64,000 nt of DNA. Source: Candidatus Daviesbacteria bacterium. GTDB taxonomy: Bacteria; Patescibacteriota; Microgenomatia; Daviesbacterales; UBA10151. The translations under genes were made by a program, and so were the position numbers. Location of the stretch: positions 161,595 to 225,594 of the forward strand of contig JACPKP010000009.1 of assembly GCA_016186955.1 (NCBI GenBank). Reading direction: 5' to 3'. Shown here piece by piece: positions 19,175-29,510 of the stretch. Position 1 is the first letter of the stretch. Every line of letters starts with the position of its first letter. The notes below the pieces were generated by a model. That model was given only the letters and a program-made list of their open reading frames with translations. It was not told the origin of the DNA and made no database searches.

Positions 19175-20676
19175 AAAAAATTATTCGATGGGTTGGCAGC
19201 AATAAACAAGAGGCCTGCATATTCTTTATAATCCTTTTGGTCAGCGGATCTTTAAGATTTTACAAGATTGACCAATACATGTTTTTTCTGGGTGATGAAG
19301 GGAGGGATGCTTTAATAGTCAAAGAAATGCTTACAGAGCGCCATATCCCGCTTATTGGGCCACCTACCTCTATCGGAGATATGTATAACGGGCCACTATA
19401 CTATTACATGATGTCCGTACCAATGGCTATTTTTTGGCTTAACCCCGTTGCAGCAGCAGGTATGGTGGCTTTGGTTGGGACGCTTACAGTAGGATTAATT
19501 TATTATCTGGCGCGTGAATGGTTCGGGAAATCTGCAGCTGTAATTTCATCAGTCCTATATAGTTTATCGCCTGTAAATATCATCTATTCACATTCTTCGT
19601 GGAACCCAAACCCCGCACCCTTTTTTGCGCTGCTTGCAATAATTGGATTTTACCACATAAGAAAATATCAAGATTTTAGATGGTTACTTCTTTCGGGTTT
19701 GGCAGTTGCATTTGCCATCCAGATGCATTATTTATCCTTAATACTGTTACCCATTGCCGGAGCTTTATGGATTTATGAGTTAGCCAAAGCAAAAATAAAT
19801 AAAAAAAATTTGAAGAAATTCATTGTCTATACAATCCTTGCCGTGCTTCTGTTCGCAATACTCATGTCCCCCCCGGTTATATTTGATTTCCGGCATGGTT
19901 TTATGAATTTTCATGCTTTCTCAAAGTTCTTTTTTGGTGACAGGGAAACAACAGTCAACTTAAATATTTTCAATGCCCTAGGTAGGGTTTATCCTATTTA
20001 TACGCATAACCTTATTGAAAGATATATCAGTGGAGAAAATATTTTTACAAAAGGTTTTCTATCAATAGCCATCTTATTGCCTGTATTTTTTGCAGTTGGC
20101 AGAATATTTAAAAAGAAAATTTTAGAATGGCCAACACTTACCTTAGGAGTATGGCTGATCGGAGGTTTACTCGGATTATCTTTATACAAACAAACAATCT
20201 ATGATCATTATTTGGGATTTTTAAACCCGGCGCCATTTTTATTAATTGGCAGTTTAAGTAAAATATTGGCAGGAAAATATTTTAAATGGGGAATGATTAT
20301 TTTGGTAATAATTGTCAGTGCAATAAATATTGCCAGAAACCCGTTGTTTACCCCTCCCAATAATCAGCTTAAAAAGACGCAGGAGATTTCTAAAAATATT
20401 ATTGCTGAATCTGGGAATAAACCATTTAATTTTGCCCTGATTGCCGAACACAACTATGATGCTGCATACCAATATTACTTAGATTTATATGGGTATAAAC
20501 CCAAAAAAGTACCTTTTGAAATTACAGACCAGCTATTTGTTATTTGTGAAGATAAAATATGCAAACCCGTTGGTCATCCCAAATATGAAATAGCTGCTTT
20601 TGGTTGGAGTAAAATAGATTGGGAAAAAAATACAAATGGAGTTAAACTTTTTAAATTAAGCCATTTCCAGCTATGA
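19171..20676 (+). CDS. ArnT/PMT-family (GT83/GT39-like) GT-C glycosyltransferase
   Basis: LRFY..FLGDEGRD, GPLYYY, SWNPN, QMHY; multi-TM with soluble C-terminal domain. Confidence 0.85.
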   Translation: MKKIIRWVGSNKQEACIFFIILLVSGSLRFYKIDQYMFFLGDEGRDALIVKEMLTERHIPLIGPPTSIGDMYNGPLYYYMMSVPMAIFWLNPVAAAGMVALVGTLTVGLIYYLAREWFGKSAAVISSVLYSLSPVNIIYSHSSWNPNPAPFFALLAIIGFYHIRKYQDFRWLLLSGLAVAFAIQMHYLSLILLPIAGALWIYELAKAKINKKNLKKFIVYTILAVLLFAILMSPPVIFDFRHGFMNFHAFSKFFFGDRETTVNLNIFNALGRVYPIYTHNLIERYISGENIFTKGFLSIAILLPVFFAVGRIFKKKILEWPTLTLGVWLIGGLLGLSLYKQTIYDHYLGFLNPAPFLLIGSLSKILAGKYFKWGMIILVIIVSAINIARNPLFTPPNNQLKKTQEISKNIIAESGNKPFNFALIAEHNYDAAYQYYLDLYGYKPKKVPFEITDQLFVICEDKICKPVGHPKYEIAAFGWSKIDWEKNTNGVKLFKLSHFQL

Positions 20677-21422
20677 CACCAAAAGTATCTGTAATAGTAC
20701 CCTCATATAATGAAGCAGCTGATTTAAAAAGACAGGCGATTAATCAAATCGACGGATATCTGAAAATACAAAAATACCCGTATGAAGTGCTTATAGTAGA
20801 TGACGGGTCAACCAATAATACGGTTAGTGTAGTTGAAAAGGAGATAAAAAATAAAAAGAACTTTAAGCTGATTAAAAATCCACATGGGGGGAAGGCCATT
20901 ACGGTGATGATTGGGATGCTTGTGTCAAAAGGTGATATTGCACTGTTTACTGATATGGATCAGGCAACACCTATTTATGAAATTGAAAAATTACTGCCCA
21001 AATTTGACAGCGGTTTTGATATTGTAATCGGTTCAAGGCATGGCAGAAAAGGCGCATCGTTGAGCCGTAAACTTGCAGCATGGGGTTTTGCGTCACTTAG
21101 AAATATAATATTGAACCTGCCTTTATCGGATACACAGTGCGGATTTAAGTTATTTAACAGAAAATCTATCAATTTAATATTCCCTAAACTTTTAAATGAT
21201 TGGCAGGCCATGAAACAGGAGGGGGCAGCTGTCAACGCAGGGTTTGATGCTGAAGTTTTATTCATCGCCAAGAAGCAAAAATTAAAAATAGCAGAAGTAA
21301 ATGTTTTATGGCATCATGTCCAAAATGAGAAACAGGTGCAGATTATTAAGGATGGAATTGAAGCTATCAAAGATATGGTAAGGATTAGGTTAAGTGATGC
21401 TATGGGTAAATATGGAGGATGA
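20673..21422 (+). CDS. GT2 dolichyl/polyprenyl-phosphate glucosyltransferase-like
   Basis: SVIVPSYNE, VDDGS, HGGK, FTDMDQATP, GSR, DTQCGFK, FDAEVLF. Confidence 0.88.
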   Translation: MTPKVSVIVPSYNEAADLKRQAINQIDGYLKIQKYPYEVLIVDDGSTNNTVSVVEKEIKNKKNFKLIKNPHGGKAITVMIGMLVSKGDIALFTDMDQATPIYEIEKLLPKFDSGFDIVIGSRHGRKGASLSRKLAAWGFASLRNIILNLPLSDTQCGFKLFNRKSINLIFPKLLNDWQAMKQEGAAVNAGFDAEVLFIAKKQKLKIAEVNVLWHHVQNEKQVQIIKDGIEAIKDMVRIRLSDAMGKYGG

Positions 21423-22807
21423 AATTTTCAATTTTCAATTTTAAATTTTCAATTTTAAGTTATGATGTTTTGATTGTCGCGCTCCTCTGTCTGACTGTGC
21501 CGCTTTTTTTCTATAAACTGGGGCAGTCTTCACTGGTGTCATGGGATGAGGCATGGTACGCGGAGATCGCCGGGAATATTGTAAAAACCGGTGATTTTTT
21601 ACACCTTACTTTTAATGGCGGTTCCTATACAGATCACCCGCCTTTTGGTTTTTGGCTGATTGCCCTATCCTTTAAATTATTTGGCATAAATGAATTTTGG
21701 GCAAGGTTTGCCCCTGCCTTGATTGGTTTTTTGGGGGTTATTACTACTTATTTTTTAGGTCGGGAACTTTTTAGCAAAAGTGTGGGTTTTTTATCAGCTT
21801 TAGCATTAACTTCATCCCCCTGGTTTCTGTATAGATCAAGATCAGGAAACCTGGATTCTATATTAACAACATTTTTTATTTTAACTGTTTTATTCGCTTT
21901 GAAAGCCAGCAAAAATAAACATTTTTTAATGCCATTTTCCCTGAGCTTAGTTGCATTACTTCTGACAAAAACACTGGCGCCTTTAACCATTATCCCTGCG
22001 CTCATCATTATTTTTTGGAAAAATAAGCTAAAATTAAGAGACTTTAGAAATGCTCTGTTACTTATTTCCTCATTAATACTTGGATGGTTTTTCAGCCAAT
22101 ATTTTTATAAATCAGATTTTTTCAGTAGGTATTTTATGATTGGATTCCCCGGTGCGGAAGTAAAAACAGATTATTTGGATAACCTGAAACTTGCCAAGGA
22201 ATATTTACACAACGGGATAGGGAAGTGGTTTTGGCCGGGGATATTTGGGATTTTTGCAGGATTGTTTTTAAGGCAAAAAAGGTTTTATATCCTTTCAACT
22301 TTTTTCGTAATATTTATAACACCGTTCTTGTTTTCAAACAAAGGTCATATTTGGCACCTTATTCCGCTTCACCCTTTTATGATCCTTGCTTTTTTTGGTT
22401 TTTTTTATGTTGTTTTGGAAAAAATATGCAAGAAGAAAATAATTGTATCCCTGATAATTTTTGCAATCGGTTTATATTTCTCACTTTTACAAATGAGACA
22501 GATTTGGTATCAGTTTGTAGATATTCCTGCTTATGTTTCTGATGAAGCAATTTTATCAAGGGAAGCAGAAAAATATGCCCAGGATTTTTATATTGATGGT
22601 GGAGATTTCGGGCCCTCTGCAGTTTTTTATTCAGGTGGGAAACATGTCAGCAAAGTTTGGGAAGGGGGATTACCTGAGTTGTTTGAGACGCCAAAACCGT
22701 TTGTACTCATAACCCACCAGTGGAGATTGGATAAATACAAAATTGAAAAAAAAAGATATAAAGTGTTAAAATCCGACCGGGATAAAATTTTAGTTATAAA
22801 AATATGA
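21419..22807 (+). CDS. ArnT-like GT-C glycosyltransferase
   Basis: LVSWDEAWYAEIA, DHPPFGFWL, FGINEFWARF, LLTK. Confidence 0.88.
   Translation: MKFSIFNFKFSILSYDVLIVALLCLTVPLFFYKLGQSSLVSWDEAWYAEIAGNIVKTGDFLHLTFNGGSYTDHPPFGFWLIALSFKLFGINEFWARFAPALIGFLGVITTYFLGRELFSKSVGFLSALALTSSPWFLYRSRSGNLDSILTTFFILTVLFALKASKNKHFLMPFSLSLVALLLTKTLAPLTIIPALIIIFWKNKLKLRDFRNALLLISSLILGWFFSQYFYKSDFFSRYFMIGFPGAEVKTDYLDNLKLAKEYLHNGIGKWFWPGIFGIFAGLFLRQKRFYILSTFFVIFITPFLFSNKGHIWHLIPLHPFMILAFFGFFYVVLEKICKKKIIVSLIIFAIGLYFSLLQMRQIWYQFVDIPAYVSDEAILSREAEKYAQDFYIDGGDFGPSAVFYSGGKHVSKVWEGGLPELFETPKPFVLITHQWRLDKYKIEKKRYKVLKSDRDKILVIKI
21423..21457 (+). repeat. tandem heptamer AATTTT(C/A) x5 at the gene start
   Basis: AATTTTC AATTTTC AATTTTA AATTTTC AATTTTA, encoding MKFSIFNFKFSIL. 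Confidence 0.85.
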
Positions 22808-23766
22808 TTAAAGAAGTTTTGGTTGCGGGAAACAGGGGGACATGCGGAGGGGTCAATATGGCATTGGAATCAGTCAACCAGGTTTTGGATATTGTTGACA
22901 GGAGGGAAACAGTTTATACAAACTGGGATATTGTCAACAATACACCGATTATGAAAAACCTTGGTGACCGGGGGCTGGTCTGTGTTAAAAATGATTGGGA
23001 TAAAGTGCCGGATGGGTCCATACTACTGTTCTCCGCCCATGGTGTACCGCCAAATTTCCATGAAATTGCCAGGGGAAAAAATTTAACTGTCATAGATGCT
23101 ACTTGCCAGCTCGTCAACAGGGTCCATTCCCTGGTAAAAAATGCAGTGGATCATGGCAAACATGTGGTGTATGTTGGGGTAAAAAACCACCCGGAAACTT
23201 TAGGGGTAATGGGTGAGGTAGACGGGCAGGATATTAGTTTGGTTGAGAATATGGCTGATATTGAAAACTTAAAAATACCCGGGAAAAGTGCAGTTGTTTA
23301 TTCACAGACTACACTCTCAACAGCAGAGATTAGACAAAAAATATTAAGGCTAAAAGAGAGGTTTCCCGATATTTGGATTCCCTCAAGATGGGATATTTGT
23401 TATGCAGCGGATAATAGACAGCAAGCGGTTGAAAAGTTGGTTAAACTAGTAGATCTTTTAATAATTGTCGGTTCAAAACACAGCCATAACAGCGAGGAGC
23501 TAAGAAGAATAGGGGAGATGGCAAAAATGCCTTCATTTCTGATTGATTCACCCCTGGAAATTGACAAAGGATGGTTTGGAGAAAATATCCAAAAAATTGG
23601 GCTTTCTTCAGGGGCATCTGTTTTGGAGTCAAACACAGAAAGTGTGTTGGACTGGTTCAGGGATAAAGATGTTTTGATAAAATATCTTCCGCAAGTTGTA
23701 TCTGAGAAAAGCATGATGTTTAAACTGCCCCAGGCAAGTATAAATCTACTAAAGGCAAGATATTAA
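22804..23766 (+). CDS. ispH: 4-hydroxy-3-methylbut-2-enyl diphosphate reductase (diverged)
   Basis: Three Fe-S Cys motifs GTCGGV, DATCQLV, DICYA; SAHG, HPE, QTT, NRQ, GS..S.NS, SGAS. Confidence 0.88.
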   Translation: MIKEVLVAGNRGTCGGVNMALESVNQVLDIVDRRETVYTNWDIVNNTPIMKNLGDRGLVCVKNDWDKVPDGSILLFSAHGVPPNFHEIARGKNLTVIDATCQLVNRVHSLVKNAVDHGKHVVYVGVKNHPETLGVMGEVDGQDISLVENMADIENLKIPGKSAVVYSQTTLSTAEIRQKILRLKERFPDIWIPSRWDICYAADNRQQAVEKLVKLVDLLIIVGSKHSHNSEELRRIGEMAKMPSFLIDSPLEIDKGWFGENIQKIGLSSGASVLESNTESVLDWFRDKDVLIKYLPQVVSEKSMMFKLPQASINLLKARY

Positions 23767-23837
23767 TTTGTGTTTTGGACAACGTACATATAAGATTGTC
23801 CTAATTATGTTTTTTTGATATTGTTGATACAGCTTTT

Positions 23838-25319
23838 ATGCAGTTTCTTCAAACCTATAAATTTTTTAGAAATTTGATTTTGTCTCTGGTGGCCTTAAGC
23901 GTAATAGGATTTTTCTTTTCTTACAAAATCTTAGAAATTCCAGGGGGTTTGACACCGGATGAAGCTTCTTTTGGGTATAATGCTGTGCTTTTAGCCGAAA
24001 CCTTACATGATCAAAATAAGAGATTTTTACCTTTTTTTGTATTATCTTCCGACGGAGTTGATTGGAGACAGCCTGTTACACAGTATTATTTAACAGCTAT
24101 TTTTAAAATTTTTGGGTCTTCGGTCTTTCTCCTTAGATTTAGCAGCGTAATTATTACCCTCATCAGCACTATCCTGGTTTTTTTCCTTGCTAAACTACTT
24201 TTAGGGAAATATGCAGCATTTTTGGCATCTTTCTTGTTTTTAACAACCCCATTAATAATGATTCAATCCCATATGGGACTTGATAATATTATGCCCATTC
24301 CTTTCGTACTTCTTTGGATGATTAGCCTCTTACAATTTCAAAAAAAACTGAATTTAAAATATCTACTTTTAGCTGGCGTCTTCTTGGGTATAGGATTTTA
24401 CAGTTATAAGGGTGCGCGGGCAATGGTACTTGTCTGGTTTCTTTTGACCGTTTTATATTTAAAATTTGCTTTTAATAATTCATTAAAAGATTTTTTAAAA
24501 AGAGTTGTCATATTTGTTTTTGGAATATTCCCTTTTTTTGCAATAGTTCCGATTTTGGAAATAAAATATGCAGGCGCTATTTTAGGGGGTACCCATCCTT
24601 CTTTTGACTCAGTGTATGCATTTTTATACCCCTATTTTTCCAGTTTTGATCCAACATTCTTATTCATTAAAGGCGATGATCTGCCCATTCATTCAACAGG
24701 AGTACATGGAATGATGCTTCTTGCATCATCCCCGCTATTTTTCATAGGTTGTTATCAAGCGATAAAGAAAAAAAATTTTTGGTTATTTATTTTAGCTGTT
24801 TTCTTTCTTGCACCGCTTCTTTACGGCTTAATTGGTTCAGTTCACCGCGCGAGTAGGCTAATGGCAATTGTTCCCTTATATGCATTACTGGCAACATTGG
24901 GAGGGGATTTTTTATGGAGGTCAAAAATTAAAAATTTTATAAAGGGTAAAATAATATTTCTTGTGATAATTATTTTGATATTTATAAATTATTTTGACTT
25001 TGTTAATTATTATTGGTTTACATATCCTAAATTTACTCACCAGAGTGAAAATACATTAAAAGTCTTCAAGGCCTATAGAGCTTTGGCTGAACAAGCCAAG
25101 TTGAAAGGACTCACACCGTATTTGGATACAGTAGTACAAGATGGTGACAGCGGGCTATTTTTCGAGGTGATTTATTTTGACCAGCCAATAGGTAGATGGA
25201 TGAGCAAAAAGGATGTGCTGCCAACAGGAAGCATTCTCCTTACTCCACGAAGAGAAATCCCAGGTTTAGAAAAAGCCAATATTGACATACCATTCCGCCA
25301 TTTACAAATTTACCAATAG
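23838..25319 (+). CDS. ArnT/PMT-family GT-C glycosyltransferase
   Basis: GLTPDEASFGYNA, FYSYKGAR, FDPTFLFIKGD..HSTG; multi-TM. Confidence 0.85.
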   Translation: MQFLQTYKFFRNLILSLVALSVIGFFFSYKILEIPGGLTPDEASFGYNAVLLAETLHDQNKRFLPFFVLSSDGVDWRQPVTQYYLTAIFKIFGSSVFLLRFSSVIITLISTILVFFLAKLLLGKYAAFLASFLFLTTPLIMIQSHMGLDNIMPIPFVLLWMISLLQFQKKLNLKYLLLAGVFLGIGFYSYKGARAMVLVWFLLTVLYLKFAFNNSLKDFLKRVVIFVFGIFPFFAIVPILEIKYAGAILGGTHPSFDSVYAFLYPYFSSFDPTFLFIKGDDLPIHSTGVHGMMLLASSPLFFIGCYQAIKKKNFWLFILAVFFLAPLLYGLIGSVHRASRLMAIVPLYALLATLGGDFLWRSKIKNFIKGKIIFLVIIILIFINYFDFVNYYWFTYPKFTHQSENTLKVFKAYRALAEQAKLKGLTPYLDTVVQDGDSGLFFEVIYFDQPIGRWMSKKDVLPTGSILLTPRREIPGLEKANIDIPFRHLQIYQ

Positions 25320-25350
25320 CTTGTATGGTACGCCTTCCGAGTGATTTAGG

Positions 25351-25379
25351 TTGATACTTGGCTTATCTTGTGTTATACT
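25351..25379 (+). promoter_or_regulatory. promoter TTGATA-17-TATACT with extended TG
   Basis: TGtTATACT ends 9 nt before ATG 25389. Confidence 0.6.
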
Positions 25380-25388
25380 TCAAACCCA

Positions 25389-26443
25389 ATGAAGGAAGTT
25401 TTACTCGCATCAACCTTGCATGACCCAAAGGGCATATTTTTGGATGATTTGCCAAAGGCGGCTGAAGCAGTTTTGTCCAATTACAGCGCCTGGATAGTCA
25501 ATACAACTAGTACAACGGACCAAAAAGTTAATGAGGAACTTTTAAAAAGAGGAGTAAATTAACAGTTACTGATTTACGGATTGTTGATGATGTTGTAGAA
25601 AATGATCATTTAAATTTACTTACTAAAACTGCATCACTGGCTGAAAAATTAGACCTTAAAAAAATTCAGTATACCGATGGGGACAGGATAATTATGGCAG
25701 GTTATCACTATCCTGAGGATTTGGTGAAAATTTCCCAAACAGCGGCTTTAGTGCCAATTATAAGAGGTTACATGAACTTAAGGAGGAGCGATGTAGATTT
25801 TATGGCGCATCATCCCCCGCTTATACAAACAGAAAATATATTTTCATCTATTTATTCAGATGCGCTTGGTTTTAAAGTAGATGTCGGAAGTACGGCTCAT
25901 GCTTTTTCCTGGGATATATTAACAGGGATTATTGAGCAATCCCCAAAATTGGAGCCGGTGAGTTTTCCTCATCCCAAGTGGATGTTAATTGCACATAATT
26001 TAGGGGCGCAAATTAAGTCTATTGAAACCAATAATGTGTTGACTTTTGAAACACCGGCGCAGTTTAAAGATGAAGTTTTGGCAGCAATCCCGGAAAATTT
26101 GAAAGTATCAAAGGCTGATTTAAACCAAAATTATCCGTTACTGCAAGAATTATATATGTTAACACTTGGCCGGAATAATATGAGAAATCCAAAAGAGTGG
26201 GAATTAAGGTTCCGTACATTGGATCAGTATCTTAAGTTTTTACAAAATCATCTGGCAGAATTTGTATCTGACCCAATCCGTCAAAACCAGATTGACCAAA
26301 ACATTATGAATGCTTTACAAATCGCCCAATCCAAAAAGGTAAGGATACTGGAGGCAATCGCCCAAGGTGATTTAGCAAATGAGGAACTAAGTTATCTCGA
26401 TAAAACCCCGATTGTACAGTCGTGGGTAGATTCATCTGCCTGA
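25389..26443 (+). CDS. putative GT-A-fold (GT2-like) protein, ~351 aa, split by a -1 frameshift near 25558
   Basis: MKEVLLASTLHDP start. One added A in GGAGTAAATTA gives GVKLTVTD...IQYTDGDRIIM, in frame with ORF 25694. DxD-like TDGD. Confidence 0.55.
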
Positions 26444-26477
26444 AGAAAGATAACCTGGGAGTTGATATAATGGGTGG

Positions 26478-28010
26478 GTGGGGATTTTTAAAAAATACCG
26501 CTTGGAAATTTTGCTTCTTTTGGGCATAGTTGTACTTTTTTTTGTTTTACGCCTTCCAAACCTGACTTTGCAGCCTATTTTTGCAGATGAGGCGATTTAT
26601 ATCAGATGGGCCCAGGTGATGAGGGCTGAACCTACATTGCGCTTTTTGCCATTGTCTGATGGCAAGACACCGCTTTTTATGTGGGTCATGATCCCCTTAC
26701 TTAAATTCTTCAACGATCCGCTTTTGGCAGGAAGGTTGTTATCGGGATTTGCAACTTTGGTTGGTGTAACAATTTTAGCTTGGAAATTTTTTGGTAAACG
26801 GGTAGCTCTGTGGTCGGCATTTTTTGTTGCAGTTACCCCATATATGGTTTTTTTTGACAGGATGGCATTGGTGGATTCTATGCTGGCAGCTTTTTCTGTC
26901 TGGGCGCTTTTTTTGGCGGTGACGCTTGTGCAAACTTACAGAACTGATATGGCTATGTTTTTAGGTTATGCAATAGGTGGGGGGATGCTTACTAAAACTC
27001 CGGGTTTATTTAATGTTTTAGTTGTCCCTGTAACGTTATTTCTTTTTGATTGGAAAAGCAGAAACAGGGAAAAGAGGCTTTTGAAGATATTAGGGCTTTG
27101 GGTTTTGGCATTTGCAGTTGCATTTTTAATTTATAATATTTTAAAACTGGGGCCTGAGTTCCAAAATTTAAATTCCAGAAACCAGGATTATATCCACTCC
27201 CCTGCTGATTTATTATTACGCCCTTGGGATCCGTTTTTGCCGCATGCTTCAAATGTTTTAGATTGGTTTTCGGCATTTTTGACACTGCCGACATTCCTCC
27301 TTGTAATTGTTGGAGGTATTTGGGCTCTGTTAAAAAAACAAAAATACGCTGTGACCGTTTTGTTTTGGAGTTTTGTACCGTTACTAGTCCAGATGGCGAT
27401 GCTTAAAACTTTTACTGCCAGGTACCTGCTTTTTACCATTCCCCCGCTGCTAATTTTGACAGCATGGTTTTTGGATGAGATTTTACTAAAAACGAAAAAA
27501 AGACTTATTTTAATGCTGGGATTGGTAGTTTTATTTTTAGCATTTTCTCTTAACTTCAGTGTATGGCTTCTAACTGATCCGCAAAAAGCTCCTTTACCGA
27601 CAGAAGAAAGAAGGGGATATCTGGAGGATTGGACAGCAGGATATGGTTTCCCGGAAATTGCTGAGTATTTAATTGACCAAACTAAAAATGGCTCAGTAGT
27701 TGTAGGGACTGAAGGATTTTTCGGGACACTTCCTGATGGATTACAAATTTATTTAGACAAACATTCCCACAGCGCACCAAAAGAAAACCGGATTTCAATT
27801 GTCCCTTCCAGGGCAACTGTTTCAGCAGAACTTCGGGTTGCAGCAGAGGACCATTTAACTTTTTTTGTTGCCAATAAATCCAGGTATGATAAACCACAGG
27901 AGAATTTGAGTTTAATTTGGGAGTTTCCTAAGCCTAAAGGGGACGGTTATCAGCAGGATGCAATACTTTTTTACCGGGTTTTTCCCCTGAAAGAGGATAA
28001 AAGTAAATGA
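26478..28010 (+). CDS. ArnT/PMT-family GT-C glycosyltransferase
   Basis: LRLPNL..PIFADEAIYIRWAQ, DGKTPLFMW, FDRMALVDS, TARY. Confidence 0.87.
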   Translation: MGIFKKYRLEILLLLGIVVLFFVLRLPNLTLQPIFADEAIYIRWAQVMRAEPTLRFLPLSDGKTPLFMWVMIPLLKFFNDPLLAGRLLSGFATLVGVTILAWKFFGKRVALWSAFFVAVTPYMVFFDRMALVDSMLAAFSVWALFLAVTLVQTYRTDMAMFLGYAIGGGMLTKTPGLFNVLVVPVTLFLFDWKSRNREKRLLKILGLWVLAFAVAFLIYNILKLGPEFQNLNSRNQDYIHSPADLLLRPWDPFLPHASNVLDWFSAFLTLPTFLLVIVGGIWALLKKQKYAVTVLFWSFVPLLVQMAMLKTFTARYLLFTIPPLLILTAWFLDEILLKTKKRLILMLGLVVLFLAFSLNFSVWLLTDPQKAPLPTEERRGYLEDWTAGYGFPEIAEYLIDQTKNGSVVVGTEGFFGTLPDGLQIYLDKHSHSAPKENRISIVPSRATVSAELRVAAEDHLTFFVANKSRYDKPQENLSLIWEFPKPKGDGYQQDAILFYRVFPLKEDKSK

Positions 28011-29509
28011 GTGATTTGCACAAGACTGAACATTTTGACGAAACAGCAGAACTTTCACTGGAAGTGATAAAACAGCGGGCCGTAAAAGGCGTTTTGGCAT
28101 TGACAGGCAGGACTTTTTTCTTACAACTTGTTGCACTTTCGGCAACATTCGCCTTGACTGTTTTCCTTGACCCGAAAGAATATGGGGTTTTCTTTTTGGT
28201 TTCTGCAATTGTTAATATTTTTACCTATTTTTCAGACATTGGGTTTTCCGCGGCAGCTATCCAGAAAAAGGAGAAGCTCGATAATGATGAACTGACCACC
28301 ACATTTACCATACAGCAAGGATTGGTGATAGGTTTGGTGGTCATAATTTTTGCTGCCACCCCAATCATCAAAAATATTTATAATTTCTCCGATGAATCTG
28401 TTTATCTTTTGTGGGCTTTGTCCATTTCCCTAGTTTTTTCTTCTCTGAAAACTATACCGTCAGTCCTGCTAGAGAGAAGATTGGAATTTAATAAATTAAT
28501 AATCCCCCAGATAGTTGAGGTCATAGCTTTTTACGGTATAGCAGTTTTGTTGGCTTGGAAAGGTTTCGGGGTTGCCAGTTTTACTATTGCAGTTTTGGTA
28601 AGGTCAATTTTGGGTCTTTTTACCATCTATATAATCCAGCCCTGGATGCCAAAATACGGATTGTCTAAAAATGCTTTTAGAGGACTTATTAAATTCGGAC
28701 TTCCCTATCAGTTAAATATCTTTTTAGCAGTCTTGAAGGATGACGGAATGGTAGCAGTTTTGGGCTCTATCTTGGGACCCGGCGGAGTTGGGCTTTTGGG
28801 ATGGGCGCAAAAATGGGGGTTTGCCCCCTTAAGGTTTTTTATGGATCAGGTGATCAAAGTTACATTCCCGGCTTTTTCCAGATTACAGGATAACCCATTG
28901 GAGTTGTCGAAAGCAGTTTCAAGGTCGATATCTTTTATCAGTATTTTGGTGTTCCCCTCCCTTGTCGGCCTAATACTAACAGCCCCAATTTTGGTAAGGC
29001 TTATCCCCAAATATGGCAAATGGGAACCGGCTCTTTTTGCACTCTCGCTTATTTGTTTTAATGCTTTTTGGGCAGCAGTTACCACCCCATTAACAAATGT
29101 TTTAAATGCCATAGGAAAAATTGGGATCACTTTTAAATTAATGATTATGTGGACTGTTTTAACTTTAGTTTTTGTCCCCGGACTGGCCTTGTTGTATGGT
29201 TTGAATGGGGCAGTCCTGGGGTATTCAATAGTTGGTTTGAGCTCGGTTATTGCCATAATAATTGCAAACAAATTTATCAAAGTAAATTTTTATGAGAGTG
29301 TTTTTAAACCACTTTTTGCTTCTTTGGTAATGGGGGTAGTAATTTTTTTGACTCAAGTTTTTATGTATGAAAATGTTTTACTCATTGTTGTAATGATTTT
29401 ATTGGGATTGTTAACATATGTTACAACGCTTTTCATAATTGCCAAAGATACTTTGACAGAGGATGCAAAGAAAGTATTCACTATATTTAGATCAAAAAAA
29501 GTCATCTAA
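28007..29509 (+). CDS. Wzx-type polysaccharide flippase (MOP superfamily)
   Basis: L.PKEYGVF, FSDIGFSAAAIQK, LLERRLEF, VTFPAFSRLQD, KWEPA; about 12-14 TM. Confidence 0.88.
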   Translation: MSDLHKTEHFDETAELSLEVIKQRAVKGVLALTGRTFFLQLVALSATFALTVFLDPKEYGVFFLVSAIVNIFTYFSDIGFSAAAIQKKEKLDNDELTTTFTIQQGLVIGLVVIIFAATPIIKNIYNFSDESVYLLWALSISLVFSSLKTIPSVLLERRLEFNKLIIPQIVEVIAFYGIAVLLAWKGFGVASFTIAVLVRSILGLFTIYIIQPWMPKYGLSKNAFRGLIKFGLPYQLNIFLAVLKDDGMVAVLGSILGPGGVGLLGWAQKWGFAPLRFFMDQVIKVTFPAFSRLQDNPLELSKAVSRSISFISILVFPSLVGLILTAPILVRLIPKYGKWEPALFALSLICFNAFWAAVTTPLTNVLNAIGKIGITFKLMIMWTVLTLVFVPGLALLYGLNGAVLGYSIVGLSSVIAIIIANKFIKVNFYESVFKPLFASLVMGVVIFLTQVFMYENVLLIVVMILLGLLTYVTTLFIIAKDTLTEDAKKVFTIFRSKKVI

Positions 29510-29510
29510 C

